From Amphiscolops sp. MND2022 (Eukaryota), in contig OZ076410.1 of assembly GCA_964187785.1 (NCBI GenBank), positions 20,708,001 through 20,772,000 on the forward strand: 64,000 nt of DNA, given 5' to 3'. A program made the position numbers and the translations under genes. Below the pieces are notes generated by a model. It was not told the DNA's origin, did no database searches, and was given only the letters and a program-made list of their open reading frames with translations. Shown in pieces: positions 11,356 to 21,049 of this stretch (its first letter is position 1; each line of letters opens with the position of its first letter).

Positions 11356-14300
11356 GGCGAAACGTGCGATCAAGACGCTAAAGCCGTCCTTCTTTGTCTC
11401 CGGCGTCGTGGGGACCTTTGTTGGTTTCCCAAGACACAAGCGCGTCATCGATGGCTATGCTAGATGTCGTTTGTGCCGGGTAGACCTCAGCATTGCGGGA
11501 CGTGGGCTCCACAACTTGTGGGACCACTGGAAGGGGCGAGAGCACACTCGCCTCGAGCAGCGCTTTCGTATCATGTCCAATAGGCCCCTGTTGGACAAGT
11601 CGTGCAGGCCTGTTTCAGTAGAGGAGGACCGGAGGATCCGGGCAGAAAGAATGTCGGAGCCCCCTGTCATTCTGGAGTCCGAGTTTAGATTGACCGTTGA
11701 GGAGCGCGTGGCCATCGAGATCGAGGAGGAGGCTGCTGGCGCAAAACCGAAATTGGCTGAGACGAGTGCAGCATACCTTTGGCTATGCTGCTTCATTAAT
11801 GGTTTTGTGGAGTTGCGTGACTTTGCCAGTGTGACCCGCTTCGTCGAGTCATGGTCAGGCAGTATGCGGGGTGAAGTCGAGTTTGCTGAGCGTGCACTGT
11901 CATACCCTAAGTGTCAGGTAATACCTTTTCTTTGTTGTTGTCTTGCGTTTCTTCTACAGCTAGGTGTTGTGTTGTATTTTGCTTGTTTGTGTGTTGTTGT
12001 TGGATGGTTGCGTGATTGATAGGGTGTATCATTGTTGTTTTTTGTTTTAGAGTCTTGTCTTGTACGGATTATATCCGTTTGTGGTTGAGAAGCTTGGTGA
12101 CCTGCTGTCCTCAGGGGTGCGCTTTGGGCTACATGTCCACGTCGATGGGGCTATGCGGAGGCTGGATTGCCATATTTTTGATGGACTGTCAGTGAAAGTT
12201 GTTGTGCTGGCCGTGATCCCGGGCGGGAGCGAGTGGGAACGATCCCTTCTCAAGGTCGTGATGTCTCTGCTGTCTTGTGTGGAGTCATACCGAGGTCTAG
12301 CTGCAGTGAGTGTGGGCGGGAATCTACGTTTGGGACGTGCCCTTGCCAGTGTTGCGCATCCAGCTATGCCTCTTGTCACCCGTCGTTTCGATGCTGAGTG
12401 GCTCACAGATCTGTTGCGTCGAAAATTCATTGAGGAATCGAGTGGGCTGGAACCATTCAGCATTCTAGAATACTTTCGTTTTCGATTGGCAGCGGTGATT
12501 GAAGACTCGGCCTTCGATAATATGCCTGGACTACGCGAGGTTGGTTCATTTTGCTTTATGTTATGTTGGTTGGTCTGCTTCTTTCTTGTAGGAGGGGGGG
12601 GGGTCGAAGGTGGAGGTCTACTTTGCTTCTTCATGGCTTGAGTAATTAGTGGTGTGTTGTTTCTTGCTGTGTGGTTTATTGGTTTAATTTTCCTGATATC
12701 ACTGTTTTAGTTCGTGCGTGGTGGCGTCAATCAGTTTCGGGAGTTGTCTACACTGAGTGCGGAGTTGGTCGAGCGGTGGGATGACCTGGGGGCGTACTTT
12801 GGGGTCCATCGGGCGAACACTAGTGCTGAGACGTCGAACATTGCGAGCATGGAAACCCAGGTTTTCAATGACGCTATGACGCGACCCCGCTTTGCTGTCC
12901 TGAAGTTTCTAGCGGAGACTGGTTAGTATTGATGTTTATTCGTTCTTGTTTTTGGTTGTTTCTGTGAGGGTTCTTGTGTGTCCTTTGTTCAGTTCGGTCT
13001 TGGCATCCTGGTTCTTACGTGGGTGTGTGTGAGTTGTCGGCACGTTGGTTGATAATCGATTTTGTGTTTTAGTTGTAGCGAAGTGCCCTCGGCTGTGCAG
13101 CAGTGGCAGGGACCGTAATCTCTGGTTCGAGAGAGAGCTGGCAGCCTTTTTGCGTGTTTTGTTGTCAATGGTGGTCAATCCCGAGACGATCCCGCCAGAG
13201 TTCGAGGTCTTGGCTGTCCTGAAGCTGAAGATCAGTGAGAGCGTCCCTGTTGACAAGGCACGTTATCAGGCCTTGTTTGGGCAGTATTTCCGTTGGGACA
13301 TCAGTAGCCAAAAGCCTTTTTTCTACAAAGAGGTACAAAACTTCCTGCGCTCTGTTTGTGAGGCATGTGTTGCTGACTTCGACCAGGGGTGGGTGAGACA
13401 CCTTAGCCTACTGCCCTTCGATCCTTGTGCCATACAGTCCTGTTCTATGGATCGCCTGACAGACCTCTTAGTGGGTACGTTGTCCGTCCTCAGTTTCGGG
13501 GACTTGTGTAGTGGGGATAATGGAGCTATTATCGTGCAGCAGTACCGAGAAGCAGTTAGTTACTTCCAACGCCGGTGGGAATCGATCGTCGCAACTGTGC
13601 CGGTTATCGAAGATGCCGTTTCCTTATGGCTGTCGAACCCCTCATGGGACCGGTGCCCAGAGTTGCGTGGCGTCATCGAGGTTCTGTTCGTCGGGATGCT
13701 GCATGATGATTATCGAATCGATTTTTGTGATGTCGGAAGTACAGTGCTGGAGAAAGGCATCATGCTATCCAGTTTGCATCTCGTGAGGAGCTGGATGTCG
13801 AGCGGATTTGTCGGACATTCCCGTCTCTCAATGATTGGCTTTGTCCGTCATTGTAACTCCACGGATATGCAGGCTTCCCGGTTGAATGACAGTGTTCGGT
13901 CTATCCCGTGGGATCAGTTGGTCAAACGTGATGCAGATGAACTGCTCAGTCGGTCAATTGCAGTTCTGGAATCAACTGGGGGTCTCCCGTCTCGGCCTGT
14001 TGTCGATGACTACCGATCAGCTGTTTGTGATCAACTGAGATCACTGGAGTCCAGTCCTGTCGTCAGTCGCCGAAGTCCAGCTAAAGTGAATCGCTCTGCA
14101 GCTCAGATGCCACGTCTGCAGACTGAGGTTGTCGTGTCAACTCCTGCCCCGGGTCCATCGGGATCGAAACGGAAGGCTGCAAGTTCGAAGTCGTCTGAGC
14201 AGGGAGGTAGTCGAGGCCAAAGAACCGGAGGGCGTCCCGATAAAAAAGGACGGAAAACATTGGCGCACATCAGCGAAGGGGCAGGGCAGACGCGTCGGCG

Positions 14301-14361
14301 CTCTTTTACTATCGAAGAAACTAGCAACGAGGATGGATCCTCCTACTCAAAGGAGTATTAG
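11356..14361 (+). CDS. Antisense, intron-containing cargo gene: zinc-finger protein resembling a catalytically inactive hAT transposase (exons 11356-11917, 12051-12539, 12711-12921, 13073-14361; ~850 aa)
   Basis: Three GT-AG introns with matching phases: CAG|GTAATA...TTTTAG|AGT (0/0), GAG|GTTGGT...TTTTAG|TTC (0/0), ACTG|GTTAGT...TTTTAG|TT (1/1). The protein has a C-x2-C-x16-H-x5-H finger (CRLCRVDLSIAGRGLHNLWDHWKGREH). The order of helical and strand motifs resembles hAT transposases; this similarity is recognised by eye only. Confidence 0.8.
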
Positions 14362-16228
14362 TAGTAACTCTGTAAACTTTTTTGCCAACTTCTTTGTGTT
14401 TGCTGATATATATTCCCCTTGTTTTGTTTTTGTAATTAGTCACTTTGTCTCATTTCGGTACTGTAGTTTATTAGTATTCAGCTCTTTTGGTAATTGAGTT
14501 TTGGTGGATGCTATCACCGCAGTACTGTTATTTTTCCTTAGTACTAGGCTTCGAAGGTGTCACAAGTGGATTTTTCGCTAGTTCTGCATGTGTCCGAAAA
14601 GGAAAGAAATTTTTTCGTTATGTTGTGATGACTGCATGTACTTGTCGTTTTTGTTCGTTAGTCTAAGCTATTCTAGGGGTAGTTTTTTGTCGTGTTACAT
14701 GCGACTTAAAATTGTATGGCGCTTCTGCTGACTCCTGATGTTTTTTGTTTTTTTACATTTCTGCTTGATGCTAGGCTAGCTTTGTCGTTCTTAAGTGTGT
14801 GTATGGGGTCACCCATACCTCGCTATGATTTCATGTAAACTTACGTCTTAATTGTTATGTCGTTGTTTGCGAATTTCATGGAAGGTTTCGTATTGGTTAT
14901 GGTGGTCACCGCGGTAACCACCAACATAAAAATTGTTCACGTGCCAAGCTGTGCCGTGCATGGTACTCGAAAGTCAAGTCCTCCTATTCGTTGTTAGTGA
15001 ATGCTCGATGATGGTAACGAGACAGGGTGACTGTGGCCTTCGGTCCTTAGCACCGCGCCGCGAGGTACGTGACTGAGCAGCTCGCTCATTTCAAAGACCG
15101 AAATTCCAAGTAGTGTATCCTTGGTTTGGTGCATGACTTATTAGGTGTGCATGTAAGGTTTATGTTAATGTTCGTAAGGACTAATTTTCATGTATTTTAG
15201 TGTGTTTCGATATATTACATGTAGCGTTCCTGTGGACTCGACCTCATCATCGTTGATGTGTGTCCTGGGACGTCATCATACGTGATGTGTGTCGGCAAGA
15301 TCGCGCGTTCTTATGTTATGTTAACTGCAGTGTTACTAATTTGTTAGGCTGAGAAGGATGGACATGTTCAGGTCTCGTCGTCAAGTAGCTTTTTGGGGCC
15401 GCGTACTCGTTAATCTTTTCCCTATTGAGGCGAGTCTTTCGCATCTTAGGATACGTTTTAAGGGGCCGGGCGTTCATTGTTTTCAGGAGTAGGTAAGTTC
15501 TTGTTCTTACCGGTGTTTTGTTAGCTTTTAGAGCTTGGTTTTTTGTTTGGAAGTTTAGTTCATTGGAAAAGGTGAATTCCCGTCGGAACCACCTATGCAA
15601 AACTAACACTGAATCCAGTTGCTAAAGAGCAACCTTCATCTGTATGTATGACCAACCACACAAGCACGCTTTTTGACGACGCACCCACACAGCCAGGACT
15701 ATGCGTCTAAAGTGAAAAAGGTGGAGTATTGGTTGTGTTGTCCTAACGTTTGCCAGGCAGCAGATCATCATTGTTAGTTTGTTGCTTTTTTTTTGGGAAC
15801 GTTGTTTTCGTTCACGTTTCGTTAGCGGTGTTTTGACAGTTCGCTAAGTGGAATATTTCGTTTCAACTGTAGATGTGGTAAGTTTGGTGCGAATTGAATA
15901 AATTAGCGTTCGCAATTTTGCGCGCTACATGTACTTCCGGACCGCGAGTGTTGGAATGATAGGCGTGTGCAGTCGTTACTTTACCATTTGCTTGTTCCGC
16001 TAGTGATTGATGCTGATAAATTAAATAGTTTACACAGCGACAACGGAAGGGAATGGTCGTTTAATCATGTTAATTGGAGTGTTTGTTAGGTCGTTCAGAA
16101 TTTCCGCTATTGTTTGTTGAATGCTTGGTGTACTAGGGTGTAATTGTAAAACAATTACCTTTATGGTCAGATGAAAAGGCTGTTGATGACTGCTGTTAGC
16201 AGTCGTTGGTTTTTATGGTTGTGTGTTT

Positions 16229-19200
16229 TTATAGGTTTCTGTTTTTCAGAAGCAGCTGTTGAAGCGAAGGCGTTCCGTGTAGTTCGTGCATCAGGAAGTC
16301 AGGGTACGTGGTAGGTTTTGGGTTGTGTCTGAGTCCGTACCGAGACATAGTGTGTCGTGATGTCGGTGGAGGGCGGTCATTTGTTTGATATTTATTGTTG
16401 TTTGTTTCAGAATTGTTCGAGGTAACGGTGTCTGGTTGTGGTACTTGTGTTTCAGCTTGGCTTTCAGGTATGGAAATGTTTTGATCTGGTTCTATGCTTT
16501 GTCGTTCGTAGTATATCATTCCATGGTCGGCCTGTAGTTCTTCGAAGTCCGATTGTTCAGGGATTGCGTGTTGTGGTTGTTCGTGAGCAGGATTTGGTAG
16601 GTGATTGTCGAACAGCTCCTGTTCGTTGAGGGCATCAGGATCTTCAAAGTATTGTGATGAATTGTCTTGAATGTCTTCAATTGGTGCGTTTGGTGTAAAT
16701 GGGCGGAGCCTCATTCTGTGAACGCATTGAGTGCGAAGAGTTCCAATCTTACGTATAATGTAATTTGAATTGGACAAGACTTTGACCACTTTGTATGGGC
16801 CTTCCCACTTGAATTCCTTGAATGGAATTTTGTCAGATTGTTGAGACAGTCTTTTGTTTAGCAGAAAGGTGAAGTCATTTACTTTCAGAGGTGAAGCTTG
16901 CGCTTTTCGGTCGTAGTAATTCTTGTATTTGTGGAAGGCTTCGATTATGTTGTCATGTGTTTGTTGGAATTTTTTGTTCATGTTATCGAGTATCCCAGTG
17001 ACGTCGGTAGTGTTGCGTTGTTCAGTTAGTGGGTTTCCGAATTTGACGTCAAGGGCATTGAATGGAACACGTCCGTGGAAAATTTCAGTGGGTGTACATC
17101 GAATAGCCTGGTGGTAGGTTGTGTTATGGGCCATTACGGCCATGTTGACGTATTTATGCCATTGTGGTGAATCAGCTGAGATGTTAATTTTAAGGATTTG
17201 CTTTAGTCTCTGGTGAGAACGTTCAACCATTCCGACCGTTTGCGGGTGTTTGACAGATGCGTGTGCGATTTTTATACCGGCAGACTCCATCAGGGAGTTG
17301 AACAGTTGGGCTGTGAACGTTGATCCTTTGTCTGTTAGGATTGTCTTGGGTACGTAGGAATGTTGTGTAAAAATTTGCATAAGCGCTTCTACGACCGACT
17401 TTGTGTCCGGTTTACGGATAGGTATTGCGAAGAGGTACCTAGAAAAGTAGTCGCATGCAGTGAGTATGTGTGTGAATCCGTTGGAGGGTGGGAGTTCACC
17501 GACTAAATCAATTTCTAGTATGTCTTCTGGTCCGTTACAAGGGTCATATATTTGTTGGAGTGGTGGTGTGATTGCAGCTTTTCGGATTGGTTTTGAGCGG
17601 ATGCAGTCCTGACAGTTCGAGACATATTGCAGTACCAGTTCAGAGAGGTTCGGGGAGTAGTACCTTTTACGTAGCTCGTGGAGCATTTTATTACAACCAG
17701 GGTGACCTTGCAGAGGGTCATCGTGCAAAGATTGGATGATTTTTTGGATAGTTTCAGTAGGTGTGACAATTTGTTTACACTTAATTTTACCTGTACCATC
17801 GAAAAAGTTCCTGTACAAAACGTTGTTCACTACTTCAAGTCTTTTCTTGTTTTTGACTAGTTTTTGGAAAAACTGACTTTCAAAGTTCACATGATTAGGA
17901 AGGGTTTCCTTTTGATTCAAAATTCTAATCATGCGTTGGATGTCAAGGTTTACGAGTTGATCCTGGATGATTTGAAACTCCCCATTGGGGCATACCTGGT
18001 TTACCACGTTGTCATGAAGCTTTCGCCTGAATCGGGTGAACGTCATCTCGTCATGTTGCCCTGTGATGATGGGTGTGATCTGATGACGGATGGTTTCTAT
18101 CCTCTCGCGAAACTGTCCACTCGATTCGTCACTGCACATGGGGACCTGGTCCAGTATGGCGTTGATGGCTTCATTTTGTTTGGTGGTGGTGGTTTGTTGG
18201 TCATCAGGTATGTATTCTTCTTCTTCTTCGTCCTGCTTCGGTGTCCGTGACGCCAGGTCGATCTCGACGTGAAAGACTGGTATCTCGTCGTTGAGTTTGA
18301 GGTGGATTCTCTCCTCTGGTCGTATGTCAAGACGAGACAGGTAGTCTGCAGCAGGATTCTCAGTTCCAGGAACATGGGCAAGTACGAATTCGAATTGAAG
18401 CGTCTGATCGCAGTAATTCCATAGCTTCGGGGGAATTCGTTTGGACTGGAAAAAACGGGTCAGTGCTTTATTGTCCGTCATTACAATTGTTGGTTTCTTG
18501 ACACCCCAGAGTATGTGTGCGAATTCGTCGAATGCGAAATGCATCGCCAGGAATTCTTTCGCATACATTGTAAGTGACATTTGGCCCTCCGTGAATCGTT
18601 GGGATCCAAATGATACTGGTGCGTACGTCTTCATTGGTCCGTCGTTAGTTTCGGTGTAGTCTTCTATCAGGAGGACATATCCTGCCGCGTGCTCACTGGC
18701 GTCACACATTATAACAAGTTGTTTGTCGGGTAATGGTAGGCGTAGTGAGAGTTTCGCAGCTTTGGCAAGGTTTTCGTTAATCTCGAAAATGATGTCCTTG
18801 TGTTGTTGGTTCAGTTGGAATTTCACATCTTTCTGTAGCAGTTTGTACAGTGGGGTGAGCTTTTCTGCCAGGCGTGGTATGTACTGCCTGTAGAACTGGA
18901 CAAACCCGATGTACCTTTGGAGGGATTTGACTGATGTGGGTAGTTTGATCTTTTTGAGGAAGTCATCAATTTTGTCTTCGAGTGGGGCGACACCCTTTGA
19001 TGTGATGCTTCTCCCAAGGAAATCAATTTGTGGGTGGCCAAACGCACATTTTGCCATTGATAGTTTCAATCCTGCTTTCTGGATTTGCTGGAACACAGCT
19101 TCAATGTTGGACAGTAGTTCATCAACGGTGTGGGCAGCAATCCCAATGTCATCGACATATTGCGCGCATTTGTCCGCTTTCACGAGTGCATCAACGTATT

Positions 19201-21049
19201 CTCGTACTGTGCTGTTGAATGCTGACAAGGATCGGTTGAGTCCCTGTGCCAGTCGTAAATAAGCGAATGTGCGGCTGCCGAAGTTAAATGCCAGAAGTTG
19301 TATGGATTGCTCGTCCGCCATCTGCAGGCAGTGGTACGCCTGCGAACAGTCCAGCTTGCAGAAATACTTTTTTCCTGCCATGTGCTGGGCGGCGTCGGCG
19401 ATGGTGGTTACTGGATGATTATGTTGGTTGTAATCATTTTTCAGGAGGTGGTTGATTCTGCGCAGGTCCACGAGTATGCTGAGTTTCCCGTTAGGTTTGC
19501 GCTGAGCGAATATTGGTGAGGAATACTTGCTGTATGGCAACGTCGTGATGATTCCGTACTCCTGCATCAGTGCTAGCTCGACGAGTAGGTCGTCTTTGAG
19601 ATTTGTGGGTGTGGGTAAACTCTGCGCGTAGACTGGCTCATCGTGCTTCGGGGTGAGTTTAATTTTGAAGTCGGTATTGATGCCTATGTCAAGGCGGTGT
19701 CTGGCGAACACATTGTTATACTTCACAAGGAGGTTCTCAATCTGTTGTCGTTCGTGCTCATTCAGGATTGAGTTTTCCCATTTGAAGTTGGCAAGGAACT
19801 CCTTGCGTTGTTTGTCGTCTGCTGTTGGATCCAGTTTCTCTTCCTCACGGAGTTTAGTGATTTCGTCATATATCCGCCTTTCAATGCGGTTCAACTTGGA
19901 CGGGTCATCACAGGTCTCCGGTGTTGGGTACCATCGGCGGTTGGTTTCGGTGCCGGGCTCCTGGAACAGCTGGTTCAATACATTATCAGCTTCGTCTGGG
20001 TATTTGGTGATCAGTGTCAATTGTTCGTTTGACATCGGTTGTAGGTTCTTTGCCTGGTTGGGAGTCATTATTCTGAATGTGGCCACTGTCGTGTTCGGGT
20101 TGAGGGTGATTGTGTGGCAGGTGAGGTTGGTGATCTGGACATGGCTTTTCATCTCAGTGATTTGTGTTAGAGCAGGGGACACTAGTAGTTGGGTCTTCCT
20201 TTCGAAAGCTGGAAAGGTTTCTACAGTGCCCTGGATTGTCCCGAGGTCCTTTTCTGCTATGACAGGGACCATGATTTGGTGATCCGGTTGTACCACTATT
20301 TTCTGCGATGTGCGTAGTTCGAGCATCTGGACTTTGTATCGGCCTCTTTCTGGTTTAAGTTGAAGGGTAATGTCTGGGAATTTGACCACGTTATTGGCAA
20401 GGTCAAGCGTCACTGAGTATTTCTTGAAGAAGGACATTCCGATCAAGATGTTGCCCATGGTTGGTAGAATCATAAAGGTTTCCTCGAATACTTTACCGCC
20501 AATGAAAAATCGGAGTAATACTTGTTTCCGGACTGGGACGATGCTACCGTTGGCAATTTGGATTTTGAAATCCGGTGCTGGGTATTCTTCGAGAAGTGCT
20601 GCTGGATGAGCTGACAAGATCCGTCTGAGTTCGTCTTCTGACATGGCACTCCTTATTGCTCCCGTGTCGAGGAGGCCATGGTTCTCGTATGCTCTGAATT
20701 GCAATGGGACGTATAACATCTTGTCCTTTTTGTTTAACTGAAGTGTTGCTGTTAACACCTGGATCGCCACGTCCTTCTTGCGGTTTGTTGTTTTTCTTGT
20801 ACAGTCAGTCGTCATAGTCAAGTTAGAGTGCTGTCTGTCTTCTGTCGGTTGTAAAATCACCTCTGTTGGTTCGGAGGGAGAGTTCGCTTCGTTGTTGGTT
20901 GTCTCGTGGGTAGTTGGAGTCATGGGTTTCTGATCCTGCCGAAGATCAGTTGCCCGGTTTTTGTAGTTCTTTGTGTAGTAGTAGTTGTTTGTGTTGCGCA
21001 CTTTGTTATTGTAGTGGTCAGTCGAATGACGTGGCTTCAGAAGTTTTTT
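16229..21049 (-). CDS. pol: Gypsy Pol polyprotein (protease, RT, RNase H, integrase), uninterrupted; probably expressed by -1 frameshift from gag
   Basis: 1,590-aa open ORF with protease LLDTGA, RT YVDDI, RNase H DASEHAAG, integrase H-x6-H...C-x2-C zinc motif and DLVG/TDKG/VERSH catalytic motifs. Integrase lies after RNase H, the Gypsy order. Confidence 0.96.
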   Translation of the reverse strand, partial: KKLLKPRHSTDHYNNKVRNTNNYYYTKNYKNRATDLRQDQKPMTPTTHETTNNEANSPSEPTEVILQPTEDRQHSNLTMTTDCTRKTTNRKKDVAIQVLTATLQLNKKDKMLYVPLQFRAYENHGLLDTGAIRSAMSEDELRRILSAHPAALLEEYPAPDFKIQIANGSIVPVRKQVLLRFFIGGKVFEETFMILPTMGNILIGMSFFKKYSVTLDLANNVVKFPDITLQLKPERGRYKVQMLELRTSQKIVVQPDHQIMVPVIAEKDLGTIQGTVETFPAFERKTQLLVSPALTQITEMKSHVQITNLTCHTITLNPNTTVATFRIMTPNQAKNLQPMSNEQLTLITKYPDEADNVLNQLFQEPGTETNRRWYPTPETCDDPSKLNRIERRIYDEITKLREEEKLDPTADDKQRKEFLANFKWENSILNEHERQQIENLLVKYNNVFARHRLDIGINTDFKIKLTPKHDEPVYAQSLPTPTNLKDDLLVELALMQEYGIITTLPYSKYSSPIFAQRKPNGKLSILVDLRRINHLLKNDYNQHNHPVTTIADAAQHMAGKKYFCKLDCSQAYHCLQMADEQSIQLLAFNFGSRTFAYLRLAQGLNRSLSAFNSTVREYVDALVKADKCAQYVDDIGIAAHTVDELLSNIEAVFQQIQKAGLKLSMAKCAFGHPQIDFLGRSITSKGVAPLEDKIDDFLKKIKLPTSVKSLQRYIGFVQFYRQYIPRLAEKLTPLYKLLQKDVKFQLNQQHKDIIFEINENLAKAAKLSLRLPLPDKQLVIMCDASEHAAGYVLLIEDYTETNDGPMKTYAPVSFGSQRFTEGQMSLTMYAKEFLAMHFAFDEFAHILWGVKKPTIVMTDNKALTRFFQSKRIPPKLWNYCDQTLQFEFVLAHVPGTENPAADYLSRLDIRPEERIHLKLNDEIPVFHVEIDLASRTPKQDEEEEEYIPDDQQTTTTKQNEAINAILDQVPMCSDESSGQFRERIETIRHQITPIITGQHDEMTFTRFRRKLHDNVVNQVCPNGEFQIIQDQLVNLDIQRMIRILNQKETLPNHVNFESQFFQKLVKNKKRLEVVNNVLYRNFFDGTGKIKCKQIVTPTETIQKIIQSLHDDPLQGHPGCNKMLHELRKRYYSPNLSELVLQYVSNCQDCIRSKPIRKAAITPPLQQIYDPCNGPEDILEIDLVGELPPSNGFTHILTACDYFSRYLFAIPIRKPDTKSVVEALMQIFTQHSYVPKTILTDKGSTFTAQLFNSLMESAGIKIAHASVKHPQTVGMVERSHQRLKQILKINISADSPQWHKYVNMAVMAHNTTYHQAIRCTPTEIFHGRVPFNALDVKFGNPLTEQRNTTDVTGILDNMNKKFQQTHDNIIEAFHKYKNYYDRKAQASPLKVNDFTFLLNKRLSQQSDKIPFKEFKWEGPYKVVKVLSNSNYIIRKIGTLRTQCVHRMRLRPFTPNAPIEDIQDNSSQYFEDPDALNEQELFDNHLPNPAHEQPQHAIPEQSDFEELQADHGMIYYERQSIEPDQNISIPESQAETQVPQPDTVTSNNSETNNNKYQTNDRPPPTSRHTMSRYGLRHNPKPTTYPDFLMHELHGTPSLQQLLLKNRNL

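Noticed and set aside
12047-12634. 195-aa minus-strand ORF (and similar ones at 11455-11796 and 12936-13256)
   Set aside because: Antisense shadows of the GC-rich cargo exons and low-complexity introns, with no recognisable motifs.
10117-14361. Cargo gene as an env-like third ORF
   Set aside because: It is antisense to gag/pol and intron-containing. I see no signal peptide, furin site or C-terminal transmembrane anchor; it has a zinc finger instead.
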